Positions 36,601 to 49,223 of a DNA stretch of 64,000 nucleotides are shown here, in pieces (position 1 is the stretch's first letter; the number at the start of each line of letters is the position of its first letter). The position numbers and the translations under genes are program-made. Source of the DNA: Antedon mediterranea (Eukaryota; Animalia; Echinodermata); contig NC_092673.1 of assembly GCF_964355755.1 (NCBI RefSeq), forward strand, positions 28,517,648-28,581,647. The letters are read 5' to 3'. Below the pieces are notes generated by a model. It ran no database searches, was not told the origin of the DNA, and saw nothing but the letters and a program-made list of their open reading frames with translations.

Positions 36601-39600
36601 GATTTAATTGAGTTAGTGACTGTAACCTTGTTTGGTATTAACAGTGATTAGGTCTGTAGGATGGAGAAGATACTTTAGTTATTCGTTTGGCGGCGGCGTT
36701 GGCGTGATTTATGAACCACTAACGCGTGATTGTAATATAAGCCGTTAAATTCACTTAATATCTTTAGGGGACGGAGGCAGTCACAGAGTAATTATTTTAC
36801 AATCAAAACTTTTCTTAGAATTTAAAGCATAAATATGTTTCTCAAAATTGGATGATTATATATGTATGATGATTATTATTTACAGCATTCATTTGTATTA
36901 CTTGTATTATCAATGATAACATTGTATTTAAATCTTACATTTTAAATTGATTTACAATGTAAAAACAAAATGACAATCACAACAAGTGATTCCCCGAATG
37001 TGTAGATAACTATTTAAATAGTTATTACAGTGGATAATAATGATTCAGCCTTTTAAACATTGTGTGTGACAATTGTGATGTTTTCAAAAGATTTGTGTAT
37101 AAATAGTTTTCTAGATCTTCTTGTTTTTAATATTTTGACTTTGACCTGATTAAGGTCAATTTTAAATTCAACTTGTTCTAGTTTCCTTTCACCTATCTAT
37201 CGAAAATCATTTTTATCAGACAGATAACAATCAACTATTGACTCATAAAGTTCTTCTTGAGTTTCTCAAGCTAACACGAAAAAACATTAGGGAGATCCCA
37301 AGAGGGCGCTCTCAATTATCACCCATTTCGCAGATAATTTGTGCAAAATCATTTGTGTGACCCATGTGGGTTATATTGAGCCTATTTCGGCACTTGTTTA
37401 ATATCAAAATAATTTGAAAACGAATATTTCAGCATCTCATAAAATGAATTTTATATCTCTGAGCAGTGTTGAATGTTGTTAAATTACGGTTACTATTAAC
37501 ATATTAACACATGACCCTCTGTTGACCTATAGAGTAATGTTTTTTTTTTTTTCTTACAGGTTACATTCAAATACCAATGATAGATTTAAAAGCCACAACA
37601 GTTGAACACAGGTAAGATGGTAAACATTTTTTATTGACCTAAAAAATTTCCTTTGCTCAAACCAACGCAACGCATAAAGTTAAATCGTTAAACATTTATA
37701 AATATTAAAGAACTACACACATATATATTAAAATAAATATAATACAATAGGTTATTTAAATATAACATGCAATACTGTACCTTTGTATCTCTTTATATCT
37801 ATTTATATTATAAACATTTTTATTTTGTAGGTATGATGTGACTACACCTAAGAGTAACGAGACGCCCTCTATACGTATTAAGGCAACGTATCAATGTATT
37901 GACATTCTTCCACTTCAACAGTACGCAGAATTTATTGAGGTTCGTCGTGTTTAATCATTTTAATATTTTCATTTATAATAATGAAGAAATTCAATTTAAT
38001 GAACATTTAATCATCAGTGGTAATATGAATAAAAACAATTTGTAATGCTCAATACAATTATAAGAGCAAGGATTGGGACTGAAAGAATTAAGTTCTGTCT
38101 ACACTATTAAACTAGTTTGATAAAAAAAGGTGTGATGTGCCCAAATATGGTAGTGATATGCTCAAATATGGTAGTGATATGACATAATCATGTCTATACA
38201 TGGGCACATCATATTTTTCACATAAAGTTTGATAGTGTAGACAGAGCTTAAGACACTAAAAACTATATATAAATATACGTACTTAGCTGCTTTCTTTTCA
38301 TTGTAAATTCACACTGGAAATATCTTTTTTGTATACAGTATTTAAAAAGCAACGCATTGGATCTTTGCGGAAGTCTACAAACAATACAAGCCAAAGCTAA
38401 GGAAGAGATTGCGACATCATTGGTGGCGGTGTTGCATAGTCTTGGAATTGTCAAGGATTTTCTTACGCAGATGGTTATTCAAGAATCGGAACAAGAAAGT
38501 AAGGTTTCCTTTCTTTATTTTTTCTATCCAACATATATGGACATGTTGATGTAATATCACTACCATATTTGGGCATACCGCTACCATATTCGGGCGCATC
38601 ACACTTTTTTGTCAAACTAGTTTGACAGTGTAGACAGAGCTTTACTCTTGTCCGAGTGTTATTGAATGGCATTTTTTATTAAAAATTATTAATTTGACAT
38701 GTTCTTCCATGATACACTGGAAATTAATGGTGAAGATGAGGAAAGATTCAAACCCGGAACCTTCTGCTTAATATGCAGACATCCTACCATTAGACCACTG
38801 GGGCTTTTATAAAATGGTTCAAATTTGATTGGTACTCTATGTATTTATAAATTATCATACTTTAATTTTACAGAGGATGAAAACAATGTTTTGCGTGCTA
38901 ACTCCATGGCAACCAAATCGATGGAAGCATACATGAAGCTGATTGGTGGAAAGTATTTACAAGACACACTAGGAGATTTTGTAGTTAATATTTATGAATC
39001 TGAGGAATCGTGCGAGGTATGTTAATATTTAAAATAATTTAAATAAAATGTACATGCTGGTTTTAATTTAAATATCAGAATGGTATGCCAAATCAGCAAA
39101 AGAGCCATTTGTGTCTTTTGCCACTCATTGGTGCAATCAATATTGTTTCTGTTATTTGTATGTAAATATTCTTATATTGATTAATTATAAATTGATAATA
39201 GTTTGCACATATTGATTTCATTAAAATGTTTTCTTTGGTCTTATTTTTTGTAGGTTGATCCATCAAAATGTCCGCAGCAAGGTGTTGATTTGGAAAAGAA
39301 CCAGAAAGACTTGATGATGTTTTGTGAAATGATTTATGGCAAGATTATCAATTCTACAAACATCTTTCCAAGTGACTTAAAAGAAGTGTTTCACAGGATT
39401 CGAACCCACTTCACAGAGGTGAAAAATAAACCAGATTTGAGTGACCGTTTAATTAGGTAATAATGTCTTATTTTTAAAAATTAAATTAAAGATATATTGT
39501 CCCTCTGAGAAAAGAAAAATTTGTTTTTTTAATTTTTTTTGCTGGATATTTTATTTCGTCTCTTTATAAGTGAAATCATTATTTGTTCATATTTTGGCTA

Positions 39601-42600
39601 TATGAGGGTAATACATATTTATTATTTTTTTGTCTATTTTTGTCACTTTAAGAATGTATTTTAAAGAAATTGGTTTTTTTTTCTTTTGACAGTGCTTGTA
39701 TATTCTTACGATTCTTGACCCCAGCCATCATGTCGCCCAGTCTATTTGACCTTATTCAGGAGTACCCTAACGTGAAGAAGGCCAGGACACTAACCCTCAT
39801 CACAAAAACCATACAGGCCTTAGCAAATTTTACAAGGTAAGTTTAAAGTCCCATTCCCTACGTTTTTTAGATCCACTTTAAGGTCACAAACTACATTTAA
39901 TGTTTTAATGTCAAAAATAAAAACAAGCGCTGTTTTGTGGCAGCTGTCCGACATAGAGAGACGCTAAGGGCCAATTTACACGCTAAAGGCCAATTTACAC
40001 AGGCAAGTGGTATTGGTAATACAAATATAGAATCTATGTTATTCCTTATACTGTACACAACGCAGAGATGACGAGGAGTTACCACTCAGGATAGATACAG
40101 ATTCTATGTGGGACAAGTTACAGGGTTTTTTTTTTTAGCTTACTGTTACCGCTTGTCTGTGTAAATTGGCCTTTATGGCAGAAGAAAGTTGTGAGTCGCA
40201 AGTTATATTTACATCTGTATAATTAATGCCTAATAATTATCTTTCCTTCCTAGTTTTGGTGCTAAAGAACATTATATGGATTTCATGAATGAATTCTTAG
40301 AAAGAGAGTGGAGTAACATGAGGTGTTTTCTGTCTGAAATATCAGTAAGTTAATAGATAATAATTTTACTTGTTAATATTAAAGTAGTCAATAGATAAAA
40401 TTTACTTTGATTTAGATATCTAAACTGAAATATTTTCTTATTTTAGAATGACAACAAGAATGGAAATATTGTAAAGTTTGATGGTTATGTTGATCTTGGA
40501 CGTAAACTTGGTATTCTTCATAAAATTCTAGAAGATACCTTGTTGCCATCTCAAGTAAGTTTGAACTTGTCATAGGAAGAAAGTGGGGTGGGGGTAATAT
40601 AGGTCCTGTTTCTGCTGCATAAAAATAACCGGTTGAAAACCATGTGAATAAATTAACCCCAATTTCTTAGCAGCAGAAAAAGGACAAATTTACAGTATCG
40701 TTTAAATGGCAGCCTGAAAATGATGGTTAAAAACACCCTATCAATCGATTTAAAATTGAGCAGAAATGCAGTTGATTAAAAAAAAAATCTGTTTTGAAAT
40801 AAACGGTTTATTCGGCACTATGCAGCAGAAACAGACCCATAGTGACAAACGTTTTTTCACTCTTTTGTGCCTCAATTTTATTTATTTATTTTTAATTAAA
40901 AAAATTTCGTTTTAAAAAGGTGGAAGAAAGTGAACAACATAATGAGCATGAAGTATTATTTGGAATTTTAAGAAGGATCTCCGCGATGCGGGATAATCCA
41001 GACAAAGATATTGAAGTAAACAGAAACCAACATTCCAGTACGCCAAGTAGTGTGTGTGACGGCAGCCCCCACAGCTTTGACGATATTTTCCGAGATGCAG
41101 ATCTTACGAACCAGTCGGTCGAACCACTGCCTCCGTATAACATTGCGTGCGATAAGAAAACAAGTATGCCATCGGAGGTGAACAAATTGGTGGATGCCAT
41201 TCAGCACGGATCGCCAAGAAATTCAAACGATTCAGATTTTGTGTTTGAGAATAATACGAACAATCATTATACGCAGAAACGGGCTGCGCCCTCTAGGACG
41301 GTCTCTGAATCGAATATGAATGAGAACGCATCTCACGTAAGTTTAGAAGATGGCAGCCAATCAAAACCTGTTGCTTTGTCGTTTTCAAATCCAGCCTATC
41401 AGTTCAGTTCGTCAAGGTCACATGTACGCTATGCGACAAGTAGTACCAGCTCGTCAAATGGTAGCAGAAATGAGCATAATGGAAGTCTATCATCGACAGC
41501 AGACGATGGCGTCAACTCCAGTAGTAGTTTAGCATCAGCAATGGACAATCATACTCAATGCCATACCTTACCAAAAGCAGCTTCAAGATTTTCGCATACC
41601 TTCACAGATATGAATAAATTATGGACTGAAAGCCACAGTAGTACTGGCCTATCAAAGGCTATCAATGTACAAAGTAAGTTTGGCAGCAGCTCTGTGTCAG
41701 GTTCAAGTTCAAAGGTCATTTCACATTCCTCTTCATCAGTCAGTACTGATATTAGCAGTTGCGGCAACTCGGAGCCATTGTACGATAATCTATATTTTAG
41801 CACATCTGGTAATAACCATGCTGAATCGTCAATCAGCTTACAACATGTGGACTCCGAAGAAACACTGCCATCTCCCCAATCACATCATTTCCAACGAGCA
41901 CTCGGTAAGAGTAAATCAGCATCATCCATCGGTCCGCCATCACCAGTTACAGCTCAGGCTCATTCTAGATCTGGTTCTTCCGCCGAATCTCCATTGTCAC
42001 CCATCTGGGAATCCCACACTCTTCCGTTACCAAAAAGCAGCAGTAATCATGGGAAGCAAAGCGGTGCCCCTCTTAGCCCGGTTCAGCCAAAGCTTTTCAT
42101 GGGAACGCTATCATTGGAGCGATCGTCATCACTTCCATCTGCAGAAATAGTTTCACCAACCATCCAATCAGCTAGCAGTACTTCATCATTACCTAGAAAT
42201 TCACACATTCAACCACTCGCAAGTCCAACCACAATTTATCCATTTCGAAAACATATCCTTACACAATACGCTAAGAAGCCTGTCAAAGCCAACTCATCTG
42301 CTTCGTCATCACGGACTACCACTCCCGTACCGGATTCACCCCACACCACGCCTGTCGTCAGTCCAGTTAGCTCTATTAGAAGTAATGCTTTTATTCTTCA
42401 AGATGCTAAGAATCGTTCTGTGACGCCTTCATCCAGTATCTCTTCCATCACGTCATCGTCAAATGACAGTGGCAAGGTATTGGTCAATTCACCATCATTC
42501 AGTAATCAATTCAAGTTAGAATTTGAAACAAATTCAACAACGGATAAGAAAATACAGACGGAGGGGAAATCACCAACAGAGGTATGTTGATATAATTCAT

Positions 42601-45600
42601 GTTTAACAACTCTAATTTAACCTTAGTGAGTGTTTAGTGAAGAATAGTGAGCGTTGCTTTAATAAGGCGACGGTGATTTCGGTGGAATGTAGACGGATTA
42701 TACATTTCACTTGTCACAGTCTATTTAATTACTGTGTCCTTCATTATTATCTCGAAACAAAAGTTCACTAAACATCTCAAATAAAATTTACAACCACTTA
42801 CAACTGCAGAATTAAACATGTCAAAAACATTGATTATCAAAAGATGTCTTATTCCTAATGTTAACATTACATATTTTCTAGTATTTTATCATCATAAATT
42901 ATTTTTTTCTTTCACCAGTATGAACAAGAAATACAAGTACTAAATAATAAACTGGACGAAGTCATGCTTGAGCTCCACGAGACGAAACAAAAGTTGGAAG
43001 AAGAGGAAAGTAAAGCTAACGCTGCCATCGCAGAGATGGAAGGAAAAGCAAGAGAAAGCCAAGTGCAGATACACAAACAACAGACGGAGAAGGAACAGCA
43101 AATAAAGAACATTATATCAAGGTAATTATTTTGTTTCAATTACAAATGTGATGTGTATTCACAGACAGGTGATAATTGTGTTTGCCCCCACCTGCGTGAA
43201 ATCAAACTTTTTTTTTTTCTTTTTTTTTTTTTTCAACCTTCATGAAAAAAAGAAATAACAATAAATAAATGTTGTCCATTTAGGTATTATACCAAAGTAA
43301 GTTGCATCACAGTTGCCCAATGATATGATAGGTTCTTCAAAATGTTTTGAATATCAGAAGTAGACTGTATTTTCCAACATGAGAAGATCCCACATTTTAC
43401 AACATACCATATGACCATATTCTTAAATATAATTAGTAAATAATATTTCAAATGCCACTTAACATGAAGTTTAAACACACACAAGATATATCGCACTCCA
43501 AACTGCTTGTACTGTATATTGTGTTCATGTCCCCAGAGCATTATAACTGTACTGTAGCTGTGAAATGCTGGCAGGCTATCTGTGTCTGTCTTTATGGCTT
43601 GAGGCTTTTGCTTGTATTATCTGTTACAAGTTTTGTAATTTATTTGCATTATATAAAGCTTTTAAAAAGAAGCTTAATGTGTCTAATCTGCTTGGTAGAT
43701 GTTGTTGTTGGTTGATAACAATATTGCATAAGTGTAAAACCCTATTTCTTTTTATTTCATTAAATAGAGGATGTATTCTGTTGCAGAGCGAGTAAACATG
43801 GTATATAAACAAAATCACATTTTCACCAAAACTTATTTGATGGAATTGTTCACATTCTGTGTTCTAACCGGTAGATTAATAAAGTCCAAACTTTTAGCCC
43901 AATGCACAATTGGTAACTAATCCAAAAAAAGCACTTTAATTCTGTCAAGTTGTAGTACTGATACGGATGCACTCCAAATTTTTTTACAATTCTATCAAAA
44001 AATCAAATCATCATTTCCGTTTGGCGTGCTGTGTTTATTTGTTGTGAAAACTAGCAAAGTTTCATATTTATCATATTATACGCAGTGTGAAAATTTCTTC
44101 CATTTTTTTCTCAGAGACCATCCTAGTCTGTTGGTTTTGCAAGCCTATTGTTGATTCATACTTCATGACCATATTTGTAGAAATTATACATATAATAAAT
44201 TATATATATATTATGCAGCTTTTGAAATATCCAGACCCATTCATGTGCATTATTCCTTTTTTGTTCTGTTACTTTTCAATTATTTTTTTAAAATTTATAA
44301 TTTTTCTGAGATAAGAAACAACATATTATTAGCATTGATCTACATATAATAACTTATTAAATAGGTGTCATGGTGTGTGTAAATAAGAAGATGCAAAGAT
44401 AGTGGAATGCGGGATGATAGTAGGGTATTAGTGGGTTAACTGCAAGCAATGTTCTGGGTTAACTGCAAGCAATGTTCTGGGTTAACTGCAAGCAATGTTC
44501 TGGGTTAACTGCAAGCAATGTTCTGGGTTTAAATTAATGCTAATGGGTGCAAAGATTGTGCTAGACTTAGTCTAGATTCTAGACCTAACTTAGTATTAAA
44601 AAGATAAATATTTTGGCACATATGGCGTTTCATACGTATAACATAAATATGCTAGGTTGTATGGATAAGCGGATCCAAGATTTTTAAACCAGGGAATGCT
44701 AACATATTATTGATAGCCTAGCACATCCCCTGAGTTTGTGTCAGGTTAAAGGCAAGAAAGAGTAGACTAGGTTAGGCTACATAGCTTGATGGTGGCAGGC
44801 TCTGACATTATCCAAACCTTTAGCTTATTGTTCGGAGTTAAAACCAACATGTTACTGCTTCTGCTCATATTTTAATCTATAAAAGCAGCTTCAATTTTCT
44901 ATAAAAACAGCTTTTATTTTCTATCCCATGCAAAAAAAATGGATGTTTTTGTTGTTAGTGATGCAAATTTGAAATGGAAAATCATGCAGCCACAGTGGCA
45001 TATTATATTATTTTGCAGTTTTAAGTTCCTCCTTTGCTAGCTATGTGAAAGTAATAATAACATAATCACTGCTATTGTTTACCTTGTTGTTTATTTAAGA
45101 TTTATTATATAAGAACATTATTTCAAACAACAAAACTTTCTTTTGACATATTTTCTTTTCATTACTAATTTAGTTTCTGATTTCTACTTTTTTCCTTTCT
45201 CTGCTCTCTTTATCAGCACTCTATTGGTATGTAACTATCTCTTTCTGAATAAGTTATCTTTTTTGTTTAAAAAAATCCAGGGTTGTATTAGTGTTCATTT
45301 CATTGTTTTTCTTTACATTTTCAGTATGATTTAAAAAGATACGTTATTCAAATTATTTTTATTCAAATGTTAACTTATGAATAGTTCTAATTAGGGTATT
45401 AGTTATTTAAAAAACTAATAATTGTTATTATTGTTGTATTTATATAATATTTGACACATAAGATTAAATATAGTAAATCATTTCATTATTTAGTTGAATT
45501 GTAATAACTTTCTGGCAACCATTACTTTTGTTATTCATTGATTCTCAACCCTTTTTTTTTAGTCGTGTGAATATCTAATTTAGTTACATCTTTATTTTTT

Positions 45601-45990
45601 ATATTCACTTAAATTCATAGTAAATGCAAATAGTATATTATAAGAAATATACAAATTCAAATATAATATTTATTTTTAGTTATTTCTGCAAACATAATTT
45701 TTCCTTGTTTAATTTTTAAAATATACTTTATTTTTATTTACAGGTTAGTTTGCGTCGAAGAGAAATTGAAGGGTGAACAAGAAGAAATGAAAGCGGTAGT
45801 CAACGCTAAGCAGAAGATCATTGATGCACAAGAACGCAGAATCGAATCTCTGGACGCCGCCAACCATCGTTTGATGAGTGCGCTAGACCAGCTGAAAGAT
45901 CGCTACCACAGCCGTAAAGTGTCAGCAGAGACGAATAAAAACAGCTCGAAAATATCTGTCAACGGAAATATGAAGAGCAGCAACTGTTAA
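24683..45990 (+). CDS. DAB2IP: Ras GTPase-activating protein of the DAB2IP/RASAL2(nGAP)/SynGAP family (PH-C2-RasGAP-Ser-rich-coiled coil); core spliced CDS
   Basis: Phase-consistent GT-AG exons: 24683-24789, 32261-32340, 32685-32906, 33045-33152, 33977-34093, 34613-34689, 37560-37611, 37831-37939, 38339-38498, 38874-39016, 39254-39456, 39693-39836, 40254-40344, 40447-40554, 40920-42581, 42919-43121, 45744-45990. PH: [46 protein letters not shown]2: [26 protein letters not shown]: Arg finger [44 protein letters not shown]. Also LSFSNPAYQ, coiled coil [26 protein letters not shown], and a C-terminus ..KSSNC* like DAB2IP. Probably a co-orthologue of the three vertebrate paralogues. Confidence 0.95.
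25800..26180. mobile_element. Decayed Tc1/mariner-type MITE with 17-bp gtgtccccttaatagRg subterminal arrays
   Basis: Arrays at 25846-25925 and 26042-26150; ends in ..gctactgta. Confidence 0.5.
29679..30694. mobile_element. Kolobok DNA transposon deletion derivative with KolX and THAP remnants
   Basis: TTAA TSD at 29675-29678 and 30695-30698; perfect 16-bp TIR AGGAAAGGAACACCCT. Plus strand from 29992: [19 protein letters not shown] with an internal stop. Minus strand about 30279-30190: [29 protein letters not shown]. Confidence 0.85.
33481..33650 (+). CDS. Candidate coupled cassette exons 33481-33505 (25 nt) and 33592-33650 (59 nt) in the RasGAP C2 domain
   Basis: tgcttaacctccag|..GAG|gtatag and ttcctctttttgttcag|..TTG|gtaatt. 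Together they total 84 nt and read in frame as [35 protein letters not shown]. Confidence 0.45.
34228..34358. mobile_element. Copy of the AGCTCTGTCTACAC MITE family
   Basis: Both TIRs are present, with the same internal gtgatgtgcccaaatatggtagtgatat. Confidence 0.9.
35150..35365 (+). mobile_element. Degenerate SINE with LINE2-like tail
   Basis: GGTTCGATT B-box-like motif and tail aagcgccatgag..ggcgctatacaag(att)n. A more decayed relative lies at about 15950-16145. Confidence 0.6.
36023..37430 (+). repeat. Pair of about 185-bp direct repeats (36023-about 36208 and 37251-about 37430) within one intron
   Basis: Near-identical ttcttcttgagtttctcaagctaacacg..gatcccaagagggcgctctcaattatcacccatttcgcagataatttgtgcaaaatcatttgtgtgacccatgtgggttatattga. 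Confidence 0.9.
38091..38248. mobile_element. Copy of the AGCTCTGTCTACAC MITE family (longest copy)
   Basis: Both TIRs are present, with an internal 21-bp duplication of aaatatggtagtgatatg. Confidence 0.9.
38740..38802 (-). pseudogene. Decayed tRNA-like sequence or SINE head
   Basis: Minus strand gtggtctaatggtaggatgtctgc..gcagaaggttccgggtttgaatc has A/B-box-like motifs but no intact acceptor stem. Confidence 0.45.
39984..40175. mobile_element. MITE with TIR TAAAGGCCAATTTACACAGRCAAG
   Basis: Inverted termini aaggccaatttacacaggcaagtggta / taccgcttgtctgtgtaaattggccttt. Confidence 0.75.
40598..40842. mobile_element. MITE with TIR ggtcctgtttctgctgcata; fragment at about 19264-19390
   Basis: Inverted pair ctgtttctgctgcata / tatgcagcagaaacag. 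Confidence 0.7.
44453..44529. repeat. 23-bp tandem repeat x3.3
   Basis: gggttaactgcaagcaatgttct. Confidence 0.9.
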
Positions 45991-47759
45991 GAGATGTCAC
46001 CGTTTTGAGCGACGGTCTCGTCAGCTAGAAAACATGGTTTAATGATAAAGTTTCTTGAGAAATGGAAAGAAAAAAAAAGAATTGAAAGATAAACTGAATG
46101 GATATTATATTAAAGAAGAAGACCAATAACCTTTAAGCATTGTGACCAACATCTAGTAGTCCTATCTGAAATAGAATGTACATAATGAGTTGGAAAGAAA
46201 TGATGTTATGTTAACTTCTCAACGTTTTGAATTGTCAGAAGAAAATTGAAAATGAAAATGTGTATTCTCATTAATGATGATGTAATAAAAGTTTAATTGA
46301 TTTTATTTATATAACGAAAATAGAAATTGTAATATTAGTAAGCAATAAATCACCAATATTTAATTACCTTTAATTTGGTAATTTAATCGATTAAAATGGA
46401 AATGTTTGTAGTAAAATATCGGGAATATTTCCTCCCAATATTAATACATTTACTGTTAATTGCAAAAACAACTCATTTAAATTCATATTTCAGTTCATAT
46501 TTATTGTTATTTATTACCTGTTTTATATTTTTTATTTTTTAGTGTACATTGTGTAGTAAGAGAGAGTATGTCCTTTTCTGGAGAAAACATCCATTATTTG
46601 GAAAAAAATTAAGTCCATATATGGAGATTCATGTTGTAAATTTGTAAACTTTGTTGTAAACTGAAAAATAGACATATTTATTAACTTAGTTATAAAATAA
46701 ACATTTATTGATGATAGTGATACATACGATTATTGTTATTTTACTGTATATGATTAATAATTTGTATATTTTGTTTTTATTTACATTGTTTTGTTCTTAT
46801 TTGGTTTAATTAATGTAATAAATAATGATATCTATGTTATCTGTTAATTTTTAATTATTATGGATAGTGCTTAATGTTTTTTATTCATAATCATATTTTC
46901 AAGTACTTAAGATAAAATGTGTTTTTAGAATTTAGTATCAAAATCCAATAGAATTAGATTTCTTTTTAATTCAATGGTTGAAAAAAAAGTTATAGAATTT
47001 ATATAATTTTACCATACGGTGCAGGCGCAATACTATGCAAATGCATTAATTATAAAACATAGCATAACTCCAATAATAGCTATGTTGTCCCTGTCGTTAA
47101 AAAACATTCACAAACAATATTGTTTACACCAGATTAAATAATAATGTCTCCATATTTTAAAGTGTCTATACAAAATGTTTTAATTAAACATTTTTGTTAA
47201 AAGAAAATAATATTAAAACTATATTTTAATTATGTATTTTAATAATTAATTATTGATTATATTTAATGAATATTAATGTAATTACTATGAATTATAAAAT
47301 ATGTATCTGAATAATTAAAGAATATATTAATGATAGAAAATGTAAAATCACATTTATATATTTTCAATAATTATTAGTTATCAAAAATTACAACATTTAA
47401 TCATGATTAGTTTATTAAATATCTCATGAATAAATAAGAAAATATAATTATTAATGAATAAGGCATTATAAATATTTAATTATGTAATTACAAGAATCTC
47501 ATTGAATCATGAATAATTAAGTAGACATTTATGAATATTTAATAACCTCATGAATTATTCATTTGCATACAAAGGCTATGAATATTTGTCTATAAAGAAA
47601 CTATTGTCAAGATAAGAAGCCACCATTGTTTTGGTGGTGAAACTATATTTTGAAAGTGCAATGAACTTAAAAACGTTGTTAAACTGTTGGCTAAATAAAA
47701 GCTTACTCCACAGAAATGTTTATTTGTTATGCGTAATTTATTACATTACTTTATTTTTT

Positions 47760-48320
47760 ATGCCTACACGTGCGTAGCGTGTCACTTTTGACGTGCTCGT
47801 ATAACGTAATTTCGAGTTGAAAGTGAATCAAATATGATGGTATTATTAAATAAAGGTTTTAAAACAGAAATCGGCAAAAAAGAGTGCATACTAACATTTA
47901 ACGTGCAATGCGCGTGCAAACATCTGCAAAAAACATCAACAAATTTTAACCGCGTACGCATGTGTTACATGCGCTACGCACATAATTATATTGCCATATG
48001 ATGATTTATGCCCTGAAATTTATGAGTACCAAATTTTATTTAATTGTGATTCATGCTTGTGAGGATATGATTACAAACGTGATTTCGTTAAATCGTGCAT
48101 AGACCGTGTAATTTTTTATTTCTCACCGTGAAAACATAACCACATCGATTCCTGGCCATAAGGAATATACTGTGAAAAATTGACTTAGCTAGATGAAACT
48201 GATATCAAGACAAGGCCATATACAAGTTAGTGTTTACCGACCGACCAACCGACCGTTGCACACGACTAAAAATAGTGCGATATAATAGTGTCATGGGCGT
48301 CACATCACAGCAGATAGATA
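47760..48320. mobile_element. Partial HINE-like element related to 13543-14754
   Basis: 47788 ttgacgtgctcgtataacgtaattt resembles 14153 ttacgtgctcgtatgacgtgattt. It is CpG-rich and has a (CCGA)n microsatellite at 48236-48256. Confidence 0.55.
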
Positions 48321-49223
48321 CAAAACAACACGTTATTAGCTGAAAGACAATGACCTATAATCTATTATGGCTGGCCTATGTTACAGTGTCCACCGGTCCC
48401 AACTTGAAAATATCATATCAGAAGAATTGATTGAGATTGATTTTTTTTTCCTGTATCATGTATATCGAAAACAATTTAGCACGCAATGACTCAAAATGTC
48501 TCGAAAACTCCAGCGAGTTGGGAAGTCTGGTGTAGACCCATTGTACAGTCAACTCTCCTAAATATTATAAATATTTTAAAAATGGGAATAACATTTACAC
48601 CTTTTGGGCCTCAAGGAAAGTCTGGTTTTTAGAGTCAACTGTAAACCTACCTTTTTTGCGCAATACAAATCGAAACTCAAATACTGTTGAACGAAGATGA
48701 AATGAACTGAAGAAGACACAATTCTCTCTGATTTGAGCCCTTCTCTTTCTTTCATTTATTTTATCATCAAGAGAAGCTTAATAATGTAAAATGCAAGTGA
48801 ACACTCCACATACAAATGAAACTTATGATCACTTATTTAATCTTTGAAATTCCATTATTTAAAAAAATAAACAATAAGCCCTCGGAATATTGAACTAATG
48901 TTAAACAAAATTATTTTCATGGTTTCTACCCTAAATATTTTTGATTTACTTTTACTGTATAGTATGATTAATAATCGTTAAAACGCAACTTGTAGGCCTG
49001 TGTAAAAACTGGTATTGTAAAGGTCTGTGTAAAGCTCTGTCAACACAATCAAAAAAGTGTGATGTGCCCAAATATGGTAGTAATATGACATCATCATGTC
49101 CATATATGGGCACATCACATGTTTTTGTCACATAAAGTTTGATAGTGTAGACTCTTATGTACTGTAGGTCATCAAGTTCCATTATTTTTACTACGTATAA
49201 ATATATCATGTCAAAGTTCAATG

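Noticed and set aside
38889-38910. Possible catalytically dead GAP (LRANS instead of FRxN)
   Set aside because: The arginine finger and the FLR motif are both intact; only a conservative F>L change is seen.
40892-42150. Overlapping antisense and alternate-frame ORFs inside the large RasGAP exon (likewise 53060-53756 and 62512-63774)
   Set aside because: These are shadow ORFs of low-complexity Ser-rich coding sequence.
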